DNA of 64,000 nt, from positions 60,824,001 to 60,888,000 of the forward strand of contig NC_045696.1 in the NCBI RefSeq assembly GCF_009834535.1, read 5' to 3'. The notes under the pieces were generated by a model. It was not told where the DNA came from. It ran no database searches and saw only the letters and a list, made by a program, of their open reading frames with translations. Positions 51,140 through 64,000 of the stretch are shown piece by piece. A program made the position numbers and the translations under genes. Each line of letters opens with the position of its first letter. Within the stretch, counting starts at the first letter, position 1. The DNA comes from Camelus ferus (Eukaryota).

Positions 51140-51258
51140 TTTCCGTAGTTGATCTATTAATTCCAGCTCTTCTTCTCTCTGTCTTGAATTCTGTCTTGTT
51201 ACGGGATCTGTCAAATCAGTGGAAGGTGCAGAAGATGAAAGAAGGGGTGAAGCGTGGC
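51140..51258 (-). CDS. LRCH3: LRCH3 exon leading into the CH domain
   Basis: ttttttag|GC CAC. Encodes (G)HASPLLSSSAPSTD..RQREEELELIDQLRK. Donor AAA|gtatgt. Confidence 0.93.
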
Positions 51259-52597
51259 CTAAAAAATATTAATGTGTAAGAAAGGCAACTGCCAGTGCTG
51301 GAAAAATACTCAGCTCCACCTGATCAGTTTCCTTCCATAGCAGTTTCTACTTTTGGACTGACTTTTAAAATTTTTATTATGGAAATTTTCAAATATACAA
51401 AATAATAGGGAGAATACTATGAAAAACTACCAAATATCCATTAGCCATTTGGCTCAACTACTTTTTGTGTCTCATTACATCCATTTAAAAATGTTTTTAT
51501 TGAAAAATATCACATATTAAAAAATTACACCTATCATAAGCAAACAGCTCAATAAATTATCACAAAGTAGTCACAACCAAGTCAATAAATGCAACATTAC
51601 CAACACCCAGAAGCCCCTCTCATGTTCCCCTACCCATCAGTACCCAAAGGTTATTTCTAATACCACAGGTTCTAACTATGTACTTCCTGACTTTTAACAC
51701 CATAGATTAGTTTTGTCCATTTTTGAACTTTCTATAAATAAAAATCGTATAGTATATGTGTGTCTTTGTGTCTGGCTTCTTTTGATCAACATTGTTTGTA
51801 AGATTTATCCATGTTGTTGTGTATATTAATTTGTTCATTTTCACTGCTTATTTGGTGTCCCATTGTACAAATATACCAAAATTATTTATCCATTCTATTG
51901 TTGACAGATACTCAGTTTGGGGCTATTATGAATAATGTTGCTGTGAATATTTCCGTACATATCTTTTGGTATAGATGTGTCCATATTTCAGAAAGCAAAA
52001 TTGCTAGTCACAGGATATACAAATGTTCAGCATTAGCAGATTAGATAAACAGTTTTCCATCATAATTTACAATCCCACCATCAGTGTGTCTCTGGTTTAA
52101 GTTTAAATCTCACTGTGAGTGGATCTATCAGTTACATTAAAAGCAGTTATTTTGGGTGTGAAATGTCTGTTTCCACTTCTAGGTCACTTCTTTGTGGGTC
52201 AGTCACAGATTTGTCATATTAACTATAAATCATGAGACTAAGGTTTTTTTTTTAATTATTGATTCATTTTTTAAAGAACACAGAGAATAGCTTTTACGAA
52301 CAGAAAAATCTGAAAAAGAGCTCATTACAGAGAGATGAACGTTCTCTAAAGCCCTGAAAGAGTATTCTACTTGTTCAAACATTCTAACCTGCTTTTAGTT
52401 GGTACTAAGGAACTTTCTAATTAAAACAAATTCAAACAGATTAAGATTCTCTTGCTTTAATGTCAGTGAGATCACAGACAAATGTAGAGTTTAAAACTTT
52501 TGCCAAAGTGACATCTAAGGGGAGACGTTTAAAAGCATGTAACAGTTAACGTCACTGTATAAAGCCTCCCCACAACCCTTCAGTCACTACCACCTAC

Positions 52598-52705
52598 CTT
52601 TATTTGTTTCTGCCCTGACAGCTGCTCGGAAAAGGAAGCTTTCAGGGCGCTGGGGCTGGTTTCTCTGGATAGCAGCAGGAAAAGAATATGCAGGGGAATG
52701 ATGAA
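52598..52705 (-). CDS. LRCH3: LRCH3 internal exon (108 nt, phase 1-1)
   Basis: gctgattcag|TT CAT. Encodes (V)HHSPAYSFPAAIQRNQPQRPESFLFRAAVRAETNK. Donor AAG|gtaggt. Confidence 0.9.
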
Positions 52706-53097
52706 CTGAATCAGCATGGAAAAGTGAAATAAGATTAAAGAAGATGGAAAAAAAATTAAACATAACAGATATGCGCCAAAAGTTCAATAAACAGCAAATA
52801 AAGAAAAAAATCAAGTTAAACATCGCAAATAAAAATATATATACTCAAATTAAACATTGCAATGATATATATTCTCTTGCAAATCTATAGTTCTGCTAGC
52901 TCATTTTTTCATATCGAATGGCTGAGTAGTTGAACAACCAGTTGAACTGAAAAATGAAAAATATGCAGAGAGTTCCCAATTTTGTGCCTGATTTCTCATC
53001 TCAGAAAAGGAAGCCACAGCCATCTAAGAAGTAACTTATTGGGAAAATCTTGGTAAAGAATTATAATCTTGTGGTTAATTGCACCTTTGTCTATTAC

Positions 53098-53146
53098 CTG
53101 TTTCTGTTGTAGGTGAACTTGATATGGCATTAGATCTGTCATCATT
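53098..53146 (-). CDS. LRCH3: LRCH3 internal exon (49 nt)
   Basis: tttctccacag|AAT. Encodes NDDRSNAISSSPTTET. Donor CAG|gtaata. Confidence 0.88.
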
Positions 53147-53868
53147 CTGTGGAGAAACAGAGATACGTCAATAATTATTATTCAAGTATTTTCCATATTT
53201 ATGGTAATTTGGGGATTATAAAAGAAAAACAAACATGCAACTCTCCTTCAAAATTAAGTCTAGAAAAGAGAATTTGGTGTATTAAATTAATTTTGAATAT
53301 TTTTTAAGGTCAAACTTTTTATTTAGTTCTAGAAAATACAAGATTTATGTAATGCATTCTCTAAAGACAGTCCTATTAAATAACAGGCCTTTCCTATGAC
53401 TATGAAAAATGATCATCCTAAGGCAGAAAATTTTATTAGGAGATGTATAGGAAAGAATAAAATTTCGTTCTATAATATTATTTTTCTGGCATACTTTGTA
53501 AGCATTACCTTCCACCCTCCAAGAATAAAATTTAATGTTTTAAGAGAGAGTGATACAGGTTTCTTCATTTCAGTTAGATGTTTAAAGATGATAGTTTTAT
53601 TTCCAGATTAGTATTTGAAGAAACTGTAAAAAGGAGGAAGAACTAGCTGAACTGGTATAAAGTATACCTAAAAAAGGAGAATGGAGATAAAACTAATTTA
53701 AAAGGAAGTGTTGGTTGGTTGGATTAAAGATATTGAAGACTTGGCAGGGGACTAGAATCAAGAAAAGCTAGAATACCAACAGTTTTTCAGGCCCTGATAT
53801 CTAATTATACTCGATAATTTCAATATATTATAACTTTATAACTAAGACACATTTTTTTAACAGAATCT

Positions 53869-53885
53869 CACACGTGCGCGCGCGA

Positions 53886-53937
<52 letters not shown>
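53869..53937. repeat. (CG)n(CA)n compound microsatellite
   Basis: cacacgtgcgcgcgcgagcgcgc followed by a long CA run. Confidence 0.95.
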
Positions 53938-53941
<4 letters not shown>

Positions 53942-55199
53942 GATTCTTCTCCCTTTTGGGTTTCAATATTTTTAGGAACCTTTTATCACAAGTTGGAGTT
54001 GAGTCAGATGAAATTAGTGATGATGGAGAATTTTCTCTGCTAAAATAAATGAATAAACAGAAGCCATGTTGTTGAGAAAATTCTTGGACTGACCTGAAAG
54101 AAAATTCTGTGGTAATGATTTTTTGGTTTGATATTCTTAGGCTGAGAATTAAGACTTAAAAAGTAAGCTGTGCTCTTGAGTGAAGCAATGTATTATGTCT
54201 TCATCAGTGAAAAAAACATGCCCATCAACTTGAAAGGTGCCAATAAACAAAGTTTAGGATGCTGAGAAGAAATGGAAATTTAAATAACAAATTTAATTTA
54301 ATAAAAGCAACAGGAACTAGTGAAAGGAATGAACAGGCAAATGAGGCAAAAGCTGCCTATCTTTAAAAGGAAACAAAAGACTATCCCTATTTTCAAGGAA
54401 TATGAGATAGGAAGGAGAAAGCTAATTAGCTAAACAAAGATCTGTTCAAGGACCAATGGTACAAACAGAAAAATGTAAAAAGTAGAGATAATTCCAGCTA
54501 TAGAGGCAAAAAAAAATTTTTTATTTAAAAAGACCTATTAGTGTGAGTTAGACTAGAAATTTTAACATATTGAGGGGAAAAAAACGGTAAAGTTCCTATG
54601 AGAAGGAAGAGCTGAAACAAATTCCACTGAATGGCAGCAAATGTTTTCTACCTCCAGAAAGTCTAAAAGATAACACACAGTTGGATGTAATAAAAAAACA
54701 AAGCCAGACTAGAAGGTACGTGTAAAATGATTTTTAAAATGTACTTTTATTGAAAGTGTAAATCTACGTGACTTAGATTCTAGGATACTGAAACAATTAG
54801 TTCAAATCACTGAGGCCATTGACCAGCACATCTGAGAAGACTTGGAGAACTAAAGAGTGAAAAAACAAAAACTGATTATTCCTGGTTAAGCAACAAAAGA
54901 AAGAAAATCATGCCTAAATATAGTCTATACCTCCTATAAAGTAACTGAGTACCACAAAGTAAACAGTAAATATTTTTAAACTAATCATTTGACAAAGAGC
55001 AGCTCTGATAGACCAAAAGAATGTTAGATTTATTATATAACTTTGGCACATTCAGATTTGGCCTTACTCAGTTATAATTCTGGGGGAGAGTAAGTCCCAA
55101 TGCCCTAAGGTATCCACTGAGTGTAATGAATTAACTTTCCTCCTATATATCTAGAATGGTACAAGTTATGTACCTTTCTGGAAAGAATTTTGAAAATAG

Positions 55200-55990
55200 T
55201 CCCTCAATTTAATGTGTTGTTCAGAAAAGGAATGTAGTTGAGAAAGGCTAGCAAAGGCTTAATATAGAAGAGAATTATAAAGTTTTTTCAGGAGTCATCC
55301 AGGTACATGGAGATTTAATATTAACCAGCAAAAAGGTTCATCAGCTTTACAGATGTTATAAAGCTGGGGTCAGCATCTGGAAGGACATGATGCAAGAATC
55401 TGAAAGTATTCTGGTTAAGTTAGAAGAGTAAAAATGTTCAAAAAGTAAAAGTAAGTATTTAGGAAAACAAAAGATACAAAATGTAGAAATCAATTATCAT
55501 TTAGGAGAATAACTAAAACATCTGAGAATTAGAGTGGATACTGAGCAAAATGAATGCTGAAATGGAAAAAGCCAACTTAATGCTCAGAATAAGACATGTG
55601 AATAACCCTTGTTTCATGCTCAGCACCATGTGGGGCTCTAATGAGGGATATATACAGTTGGGGACCAAAGAGCCAAAATGGAGGGCAGAGAACTTGTGAA
55701 AGTTCCTAATGAGGAACAGGCTGGGTAAAGAACATAAAAGGACCAGAGACCAGAAGACAAGGGTAGCATCATAGTAGCTTTCAAATATAACAACTCTCCA
55801 CATAAAAACTGCTAAATAACTAGAAAATCTCCACTTTGGAAAGAAAAGAAGAAACAAGTGTAAACCCAGGAGGACAGATACAAGTTAGACAAGGAGAGGA
55901 TCTTCCCTGACAGTGAGGATTATTAATCATTCCTTATGTATCACATGATAATAAATATGGAATTACCATCCCTAGAGGCCTTCAAAAAAC
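55200..55990 (+). mobile_element. Ancient CR1/L3 fragment (antisense fragments also ~17580-18180)
   Basis: 'catcagctttacagatgttataaagctgggg' resembles the CR1 RT motif IKFADDTKLGG, with CR1-like 3' sequence. Confidence 0.5.
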
Positions 55991-56579
55991 AAATACCACA
56001 GGTTTTTATTTTAGACTTGAAGATCATATGATATCCAACATAACTTTTCCAACTCTACATTAAGCACAAAAGCAGCAATAGACAATACATAAACAAACAG
56101 ACAATACATAAAAACTATTTATAAAAACAGGGGGCCTAGGGATCATAGTTTGCTGAGCCCTACTGTAACAGCCTTTTGGTAGTGGGAGTCTGGGGCACTG
56201 GGACTCAAATTATTTTGCATACATATTAGACGACAGGGTTAATTTGATATCATATATTAGCAATATATGTAAAAAAAAAAAGTAAAACAATAACTCATGA
56301 CAAAAAAAAAAACAAAAACCTTTTGTAAGAAAATTAGAATGACATTTCAAACAGAATCTCAATATAAAGAATTAATGAAGGCTCTATGTTTCTGGCATAA
56401 TAAAACTTCCAAAAAAATTTCAAGTTAAATTTCAATGTTAAATAGTTTTATAAGCTTAGTTTCATTTCATATAACCCTAGATTTCAGACTGCTGTTAGAC
56501 CAATCCATCGGGAAATGTAAGACCTCCCCTGCACATACCCTCCCCAAAGTTCCTGGTAAATTACAGTAACAAGATATAC

Positions 56580-56651
56580 CTTAAGAGGTCTGAAGGCAGA
56601 AGAATGAGGCAGGGTAGCAGCACAGCCCACTTGATTCACCCCTGAGAGTGA
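56580..56651 (-). CDS. LRCH3: LRCH3 internal exon (72 nt, phase 0-0)
   Basis: ttggaatttag|TCA. Encodes SLSGVNQVGCAATLPHSSAFRPLK. Donor AAG|gtatat. Confidence 0.85.
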
Positions 56652-58735
56652 CTAAATTCCAAAAGAGAAACAGAAGTAACAAAAGGCAGCATTTATGTTA
56701 GCAAAATGTCAGGCAGGCAGGCAGGCAGGCAGATCTGGTCAGTGAAATTAGAAAAGGAAATGGCACTGACAAACTTTCAAATGGTTTACTAAGATATTGA
56801 CAGGGCAGGAAAAGGATACTTGGGGAAAAAAGCCCCTACAACTCATAAAACAGTTTCTTCACTTGTTCAATTCAAACTATTTCAATATGTTATAACATAT
56901 TAATCAATAAATGAAAGGCATGATTTATTAAATATAATTTTATATGGAAATAAAACTGAGAACACAAATTTTTTTTTTTGCAAAATAGCCTTAGAAACAA
57001 ATGAGTCCTGTGCTGTCCCTATACCAGGGGAAACAAATCCAGTCAAAGAGCTCATTTTAACTGAACAGAACTGGCATGAATAAGAGCAATATTTTTTCAG
57101 TATTAATCCAAATTAGATTTATTATAATTCAGTTTAATGGCTGATGTGAGAAAACTGGAGATGAGGATTCCACATTACACCTTAAGGATGAACCAGCATT
57201 TCATTTCTGTTTCTGTGAAACTCCAAATGACCTCTAAGAAGGTAAGTAGAATTTTCCTTTTCTTTAAATTCTTTATCCTTTCACCAACCTACATACAACT
57301 AGTTAGATATACTAGAGATAGTGTTAGAACCTATTGTACAAAATTTTGATTACAGATAAAAGCTGCTTTAAAACATGACAATTTTTTCATTTGGTAGGGA
57401 GTGGAAATTAGAGAAGACAGTGCTTTCACAAAGGGTGCTTGGGTAAGATTGTACCTATTAAAAATGCCAAAGTCTTAAAGACAGTTAAGCCTCTATAAGT
57501 TAGATAATTGTTAAAAATTTAAACTAGATCACCAATAACTGAATAATGAGATAAATAAATAAGAACACACGTGGGTGATTAGAAAAAGGGGGATAAGATG
57601 GTCAATAAAATAAATACAACTGCATTTTTAATGATGTGACAGCAATGTCTTTTTTGTGTGTGCAAAAAAAGAAAAAAAAAGCATGTAACACACACTGTAA
57701 AATCTATATTGAGGCAGAAAAAAATGAAGAAAGAAATACACCAAAAAACAAGACTGTGACAACAGTCATATAGTATATATGCTTCGCATGTTTAGATATC
57801 CTGGGCCTCCTTACAACCAAATGGACTTGAATTACTGTCAGTCTCAAATATAGAAAGGCTAAAAGCCACTTTCTCAGCAAAGAAGGAAAAAAGGAATGGA
57901 GGGAAGAGGAAGTAAAATGAGACTAGATCCTTTCCATTATCTACAGATGGGATACAGACGCAGATGGGACATACATGAAAGCAACAGAAGCCTGAAGAGC
58001 AGCCCTAAGAGAATGTTAGTGTAACTGATATCAAACATTATTAACATGTACTTGAAATCCTATATTTGAAGGTCTTTACATTAAATTCAACATTTACTTG
58101 CTATATTATCAGACCTTTTCATCATGAAACAATTTAATGAGTAATTATTAGATGTGTAGCATTTACATGTTCAGTCAGGAAATATTTATTGAGCACCTAA
58201 TATATCCCAGGAACTATGACAGGGACTGAGTATACATAGGTAAATGCAACAGAGAATATCCCTGTGCCCATGAAGCTTATACTCTGGTAGTCTATCAGAA
58301 GGGAGATACAAAACAATAAACACCCATATAAAACACTGGAAGAAAAAAAACCAGTAAAGACATAAATTTGATTTGGGGGTGGGAGTATTACAGAAAAGCT
58401 ATCTTAAGGGTGTGCTATTTAGTGAATACCAGATTGATCAGTAGGAATTAACCAAGGGGTATATGCAGGGAGGCAGAGGCATTCAATGCAGAGGAAGCAA
58501 TATCTGCAAGGTTCTGTGGGAAAGGGCTTGCTTTATTTTTCTGTTTGTTTTTTTTTAAATTGAAGTATAGTTGATTTACAATGTTGTGTTAGTTTCTGGT
58601 GTAGAGCATAGTGATTCAGATATATATATAGATACATACCTGAATATCTATCTATATACATTATTTTCCATTATAGGTTATTACAAGCTACTGAATATAG
58701 TTCCCTGTGCTATATAGTAGGACCTTGTTCACGCA

Positions 58736-58821
58736 TTTTTTTTTAATGGAGGTACTAGGGATTGAACCCAGGACTTTGTACATGCTAAGCATGTGCTCTA
58801 CCACTGAGCTATACCCTCCCC
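58736..58821 (-). mobile_element. tRNA-derived SINE, short form, inserted in an L1 3'UTR
   Basis: Same head plus A-tail, interrupting L1 3' sequence. Confidence 0.8.
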
Positions 58822-59112
58822 ACTGTTTATTTTATATATAGTAGTTAGTATCTGCAAATTCCAAATTCCTAATTTATCCCTCACTCACCTTTCCCCTTTG
58901 GTAACCATAAGTTTCCTTCCTATGTCTGTGAGTCTGTTTCAGTTTTATAAGTAAGTTCATTTTTGTCATTTTTTTGGTGCCACATATAAGTGATATCATA
59001 TGATATTTGTCGTACTCTGACTTACTTCACTTACTATGACAATCTCTAGGTCCAACCATGTTGTTGCAAGTGGCATTATTTCATTCTTCCTTATGGCTGA
59101 GTAGTATTCCAC

Positions 59113-59155
59113 TATGTATGTGTGTGTATATGTATGTGTATATGTATATGTATAT

Positions 59156-59195
<40 letters not shown>
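59113..59195. repeat. (TATG/TG)n-(CA)n microsatellite within L1
   Basis: Visible directly in the sequence. Confidence 0.9.
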
Positions 59196-59198
<3 letters not shown>

Positions 59199-62100
59199 CT
59201 GCACCTTCTTAAGCCAATCATTTGCGGATGGACATTTAGGTTGCTTCCATGTCTTGGCTACTGTAAATAGTGCTGCTATGAACATCAGGATGCATGTATC
59301 TTTTTGAATTAAGAGTTTTCTCCGGATATATGCCCAGGAATGGGATTGCTGGATCATATGATAACTCCATTTTTAGTTTTTTAAGGGATCTCCATACTGT
59401 TATCCCTAACGGCTGCACCAAATTACATTCCCATCAACAGTGTAGGAGGGTTCCCTTTTCTCCACACCCTCTCCAGCATTTGTGGACTTTTTAATGATGG
59501 CCATTCTGACTGGTGTGAGATGACATCTTATTGTAGTTTTAATTTACATTTCTCTGATAATTAGCAATACTGAGCATTTTTTCATATGCCGATTGGCCAT
59601 TTGTATGTCTTCATTGAGAAATGTTTGTTTAGAACTTCTGCCTGTTTTTTGATTCGGTTGTTTGTTTGTTTTGTTATTGAGTTGTATGAGCTGTTTGTAT
59701 ATTTTGGAAATTAAACCCTTGTCAGTCTTATCATTAGCAAATACTTTCTCCCAGCCCATAGGTTATCTTTTCATTTTGTTTATAGTTTCCTTTGCTGTGC
59801 AAAAGCTTGTAAGTTTGATTAGGTCCCATTTGTTTATTTTTGCTTTTATTTCTATTGCCTTGGTAGACTGATCTAGGAAAACATTGCTATGATTTATGTC
59901 AGAGAATGTTTTGCTTCTGTTTTCTTCTAGGAGATTCATGGTGTCCTGTCTTACGTTTAAGAATTTAAGCCATTTTGAATTTATTTATGTGTATGGTGGG
60001 AGAGTGTGTTCTAACTTCACTGATTTAAATGTGGCTGTTCAGCTTTCCCAACACCACAGCTGAAGAGACTGTCTTTTCTTCATTTTATATTCTTGCCTTC
60101 TTTGTCAAAGATTAATTGACTGTAGGTGTGTGAGTTTATTCTTGGGCTCTCTATTCTGTTCCATTGATCCATATGTTTGTTTTTGTGCCACTACCACACT
60201 GTTTTGATTGCTGTAGCTTCATAGTATTATCTGAAGTCTGGGAAGGTTGTACCTCCAGCTTCATTCTTTTTCTTCAGTATTGCTTTAGCAATTCTAAGTC
60301 TTTTATTATTCCATATACATTTTAGGATTATTTTTTTCTAGTTCTGTGAAAAATGTTCTGGGTAATTTGATAGGGACTGCATTAAACCTGTAGAGTGGTT
60401 TGGGTAGTATGGGAATTTTACCAATATTGATTCTTCCAATCCAAGAGCATGGGGTATCTTTCCATTTCTTTTAAGTCATCTTCAATTTCCTTAGTCAATG
60501 TTTTGTAGTTCTCCACGTATAAGTCTTTTACTTTCTTGGTCAGATTTATTCCTAAGTATTTTATTTTTTTGGATGCAATTTTCATGTATTCTATTAGCCT
60601 CTATAATTACTGTAAAAAAGAATATCAAGTCGCTAGTCGCAAGTTGCTACATTTCAAGTATACATTTATACATAATTTACATGTAAAATTTCCATGCTGA
60701 AAACATGTCCTCTTTTACATCTTCATGTTTATTCTTTTGCTGTTCATTGTATTTATCACATTTCCAATTGTGATTTTCTCTTTTCAATAGATTCTTGCTT
60801 CTTTTCTATTTAGAGAAGAACTTTCTGTGTTTCTTTTAGGATAGGTTTAGTATTTCTGTACTCTTTTAGTTTTTGCTTGTCTGAGAATTTCTTTATCTCT
60901 CTTTCTATTCTAAATGATAACCTTGCAGGGTACCGTACCCAAGACTGCAGAATTTTCTCTTTCAGGACTTTGAATATATCTTGCCACTCCCTTCTGGCTT
61001 GCAACATTTCTGTAGAGAAATCAGCTGATAAGCCTTATGGGGGTTCCCTTGTAACTCTTTGTTTTTCTCTTACTGCCTTTAGAATCTTCTCTTTATCTAT
61101 AACTTCGGCTATTTTAATTATAGTATGTCTTGGGGTAGGTCTGTTTGGGACCCTCTGTGCTTCCTGTACCTGCGTATGTTTCCTTCTTTAGGCTTGGGAA
61201 GTTTTCAGCCATAATTTCTTCAAATATGTTTTCAATCCCCCTATCTCTTTCTTACCCCTCTGGGACCCTTTAGCTCAGCTTTCATTTCAGCAAATAAATT
61301 TTCTGATTTTAACGGGCTCCTCTTTATAGTTTCCAGTTCCCTTTTACAGTACCCTGCATTTCTATCAATAGCCTTTCTTAATTCCTTCAGCATTTTTATT
61401 ATCTCCTTTTTGAACTCAAGATCTGGTAGACTGGAGAGGTCTACTTCACTGTGTGCTCTTTCAGAGGATTTCTCTTGTTCTTTTAATTGGGAGTGGTTCC
61501 TCTGCTTCTTTTACTCATATTTCTCTGACTCTATGAATTTAGGAGTAACAATTATCTATTGTGGTCTTGAAGGGCTGTTTTCATGTGTGAGCATCCCTGT
61601 GTAAAGGCTTACCATATTTGAAAAGCTGGAAAAAATGCCGATATAGCATGAGCCCAGAGATGAGAGATACACAGTAACCAGAGTACACAGGAGCTTACAG
61701 GCCACATTAAGGCCTGTAATCTAAGGGGCTGTGGGCTGTGTCAAGAAGTATATGGACTTTATTCTACTATATAAAGGCACTGAAGAGTAGTTCTGAGAAG
61801 ACCAGAAGTATGATTTAAAATATGACTCTTTTTACAGTGCTGGATACTATTTGGCCTGCAAATATATATGAGAAATAATGCTTGCTTTCAAAGGCCATTA
61901 AATTTAGGTCAGATATGAATACTAATAAATAAAATACAAATGTATGTGTTTTAAAAATGCCTGAAGGCTATTTCAAATTTCAAACTAAGGGGGTGTTGTT
62001 TTTCCAAACTCTATTTTTTCCTTGACAAAAAAGTGAGCATTTAGACATATCACTTACTATATGTGTTATTAAATCTCATCTTCAGTACCCTAAAGTGTTT

Positions 62101-63360
62101 TCAATTATATAGTACAGAAGGCAATATGGCAAGGTGTTTAATGCAGGTTCTCAGGTCAGCCAGATATAGATTTGAACCCAGCTTTGTACTTACTGGCTAT
62201 GCAACTTCGGACAAGTCACATTCTGGACATTCTGTGCCTCAGTACTCATTTGTAAAATGGTGATAAATTTAACATTCTTAAGGTTGCTGTGAGGAGTGAA
62301 TGAGATAATTCTGGCAAAGCATCTGGATTATCATAGGCTCTCAATATTTTTCTACATTAATTTATTATTTGCTATTCATGCCAATTAACTTCAACTAAAA
62401 CTCCAGAGCCTGGTGGTTGTATTTCTTTATAAGACTGCCCAGTTAAAATGTGCTTTATCTGTCTCAAAGGCAATGATCACTGCAGAATACACAGAGACTT
62501 TGACCAAGAAAGTTTACATAATAGGAACCTCATGCTGAAATACGTAGTTCATGCAGTAGTATGCACAATGGTGGCAGCTACTAGCTCAAAAGACAGGAAT
62601 TGCTACAAACAATAGACTTTTGAACTGCTAGTTTTCAACACTATGGTGAAAAAAATAACATAAAACATGATGGGAAAAGCAATTACATAAATGGTTAGAA
62701 TTCTCTGGCAAGGCTGATAAAAGTAAGACTTTTAATAAAGCTCTCATACTCATTTTCAGCTGGCGAAACAGGCAATAAAAGTAAACCAATGTTAAAAATG
62801 ATCACTAGATAGCATTCCAAATTAATGTTTCCCTGAGTTTAAAACAAAAAATGAGTATGGAGGGATAATTTTAGATGTAAGTTATTTTTTAAAAGTTTAG
62901 GATTTGCAGTATCTTAAAATAGGTAATAAAATAGGATGCCAAATAGACAGTTGTATAATTAGCATCAAGGAGTAAGGGAATCCATTTATCATACAGGTGA
63001 CTTATGAGACTAATTAATGATTAATAAAGTACACATGTAATTAGAAACAACATCATAAAAACTAATATACTATGCCTGCTCGCCCCAACGCACATACAAA
63101 ACCAACGTGATTCTCAATGCAAATATTTTACTTTTGGAAACACTAACAAAGATAATTTGAATCATAGCTAAAGAACACTAGAACACTAGGTAAATCACGA
63201 AGAGTAAGGCAGAGGCAGTTCTAGGTATTTGTAAAGCATTTAGTAATGATGCTCATCATGTTTTATGGTATTTAGATCATTTCTGAATGTAAAGTACAAT
63301 AGCTACTCTCCAATCTCTAGACACAGCAATGTAAAACTTCATTTTGTGCAAAGCTCTTAC

Positions 63361-63414
63361 CACTAACAAGGCACTATCATCAGTGTGCTGAGACCTTCTG
63401 GATGGGAAGGGACA
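63361..63414 (-). CDS. LRCH3: LRCH3 internal exon (54 nt)
   Basis: ctccacctctccag|TGT. Encodes CPFPSRRSQHTDDSALLV. Donor GTG|gtaaga. Confidence 0.88.
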
Positions 63415-64000
63415 CTGGAGAGGTGGAGAAAAATGAAGCAATGTCAAAAACAAATTGCACACACAGGGCGTATTTCACAAATACACAAGAAAAGAGACAT
63501 ATTAAGACATACTTGTGAAGATGCTGACATACAGGACCGCATTCACATTCGTCTGGAATTCATGCATCACAATTGCTAATAAGTTGTTTCTGAGTAACAA
63601 TTTTCTTCCAAAGAGCTTAAACAACTTCAAATACAATCTTATTGCCTAAAATCTTTCTAAAGTGAGGAGGGCTCAGGGATTATCCTCTGCTCAGAGAAGA
63701 AAAACCTGAAGTATAGATGCAGCAATAACAAAGAATTTGTGGTCATGGAGTGAGCGAGGGACAAATTTAAAACAAATACAGGAATATTGATTTCTAGGCA
63801 TCTCTTTGTTACCTTTCTCAGATAAAACAAGGATACAACTGGAAATTTTAAAACTGCACATGCTATTTTCCTAGGGGCTTTAGTTTTTAGATAATGAATT
63901 ACTCCGTAATAACCATTAAGAAGGAAATGTTGGAGTGAAAAAGGAAGAATGTATTAACTAATCAAACTTTGGTCATCAAAAGTTTTTACAGAATTATTAC

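Larger units (their letters stand above)
58540..61603 (-). mobile_element. L1 with large internal deletion (ORF1 part, ORF2 3' part, 3'UTR)
   Basis: ORF1-like LQARREWQDIFKVLKEK..YPARLSF at ~60810-61007 and ORF2 C-terminus [14 protein letters not shown] at ~59236-59760. Interrupts an L2-like element. Confidence 0.88.

Noticed and set aside
57180..57247. Strong plus-strand donor AAG|gtaagt and a minus-strand exon-like segment
   Set aside because: The plus strand has no gene context here. The minus-strand reading hits a stop in the required phase and has a poor donor.
1..64000. CRISPR array, prokaryotic operon or novel multi-gene system
   Set aside because: No regularly spaced repeats and no long ORFs. 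The window is explained by three spliced mammalian genes plus interspersed repeats.

Overview
This is mammalian genomic DNA, probably camelid: many tRNA-derived SINEs with an 'aaataaacctaattacctcccc' tail look like Vic-1. The gene order matches human 3q29. (1) The 5' end of RPL35A is on the minus strand, with a TOP/TCT non-coding exon 1 at ~857-825 and exon 2 starting at 11, inside a CpG-rich promoter shared with IQCG. (2) The complete coding region of IQCG (DRC9) is on the plus strand: 10 GT-AG coding exons from 3517 to 33176 joining to 1323 nt (440 aa) with a C-terminal IQ motif. (3) The 3' part of LRCH3 is on the minus strand (63414 to ~34370), with the calponin-homology exons and two alternative terminal exons, one transmembrane and one ending in -SAV. 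Introns hold an RPL27A processed pseudogene, a tailless 5'-half tRNA-Ile retrocopy with a 17-bp target-site duplication (TSD), and L1, L2, CR1, MIR, ERVL/MaLR and MER repeats. I found no evidence for a wholly new multi-gene system. The best leads are small: the tRNA-half retrocopy, a candidate 36-nt in-frame LRCH3 microexon, a duplicated splice-acceptor-like 22-mer and an X-box in the IQCG promoter, two IQCG uORFs, and a CCUG cluster before an LRCH3 exon. Gene and repeat names come from my recognition of the sequences, not from database searches. Most ORFs in the supplied track are spurious.
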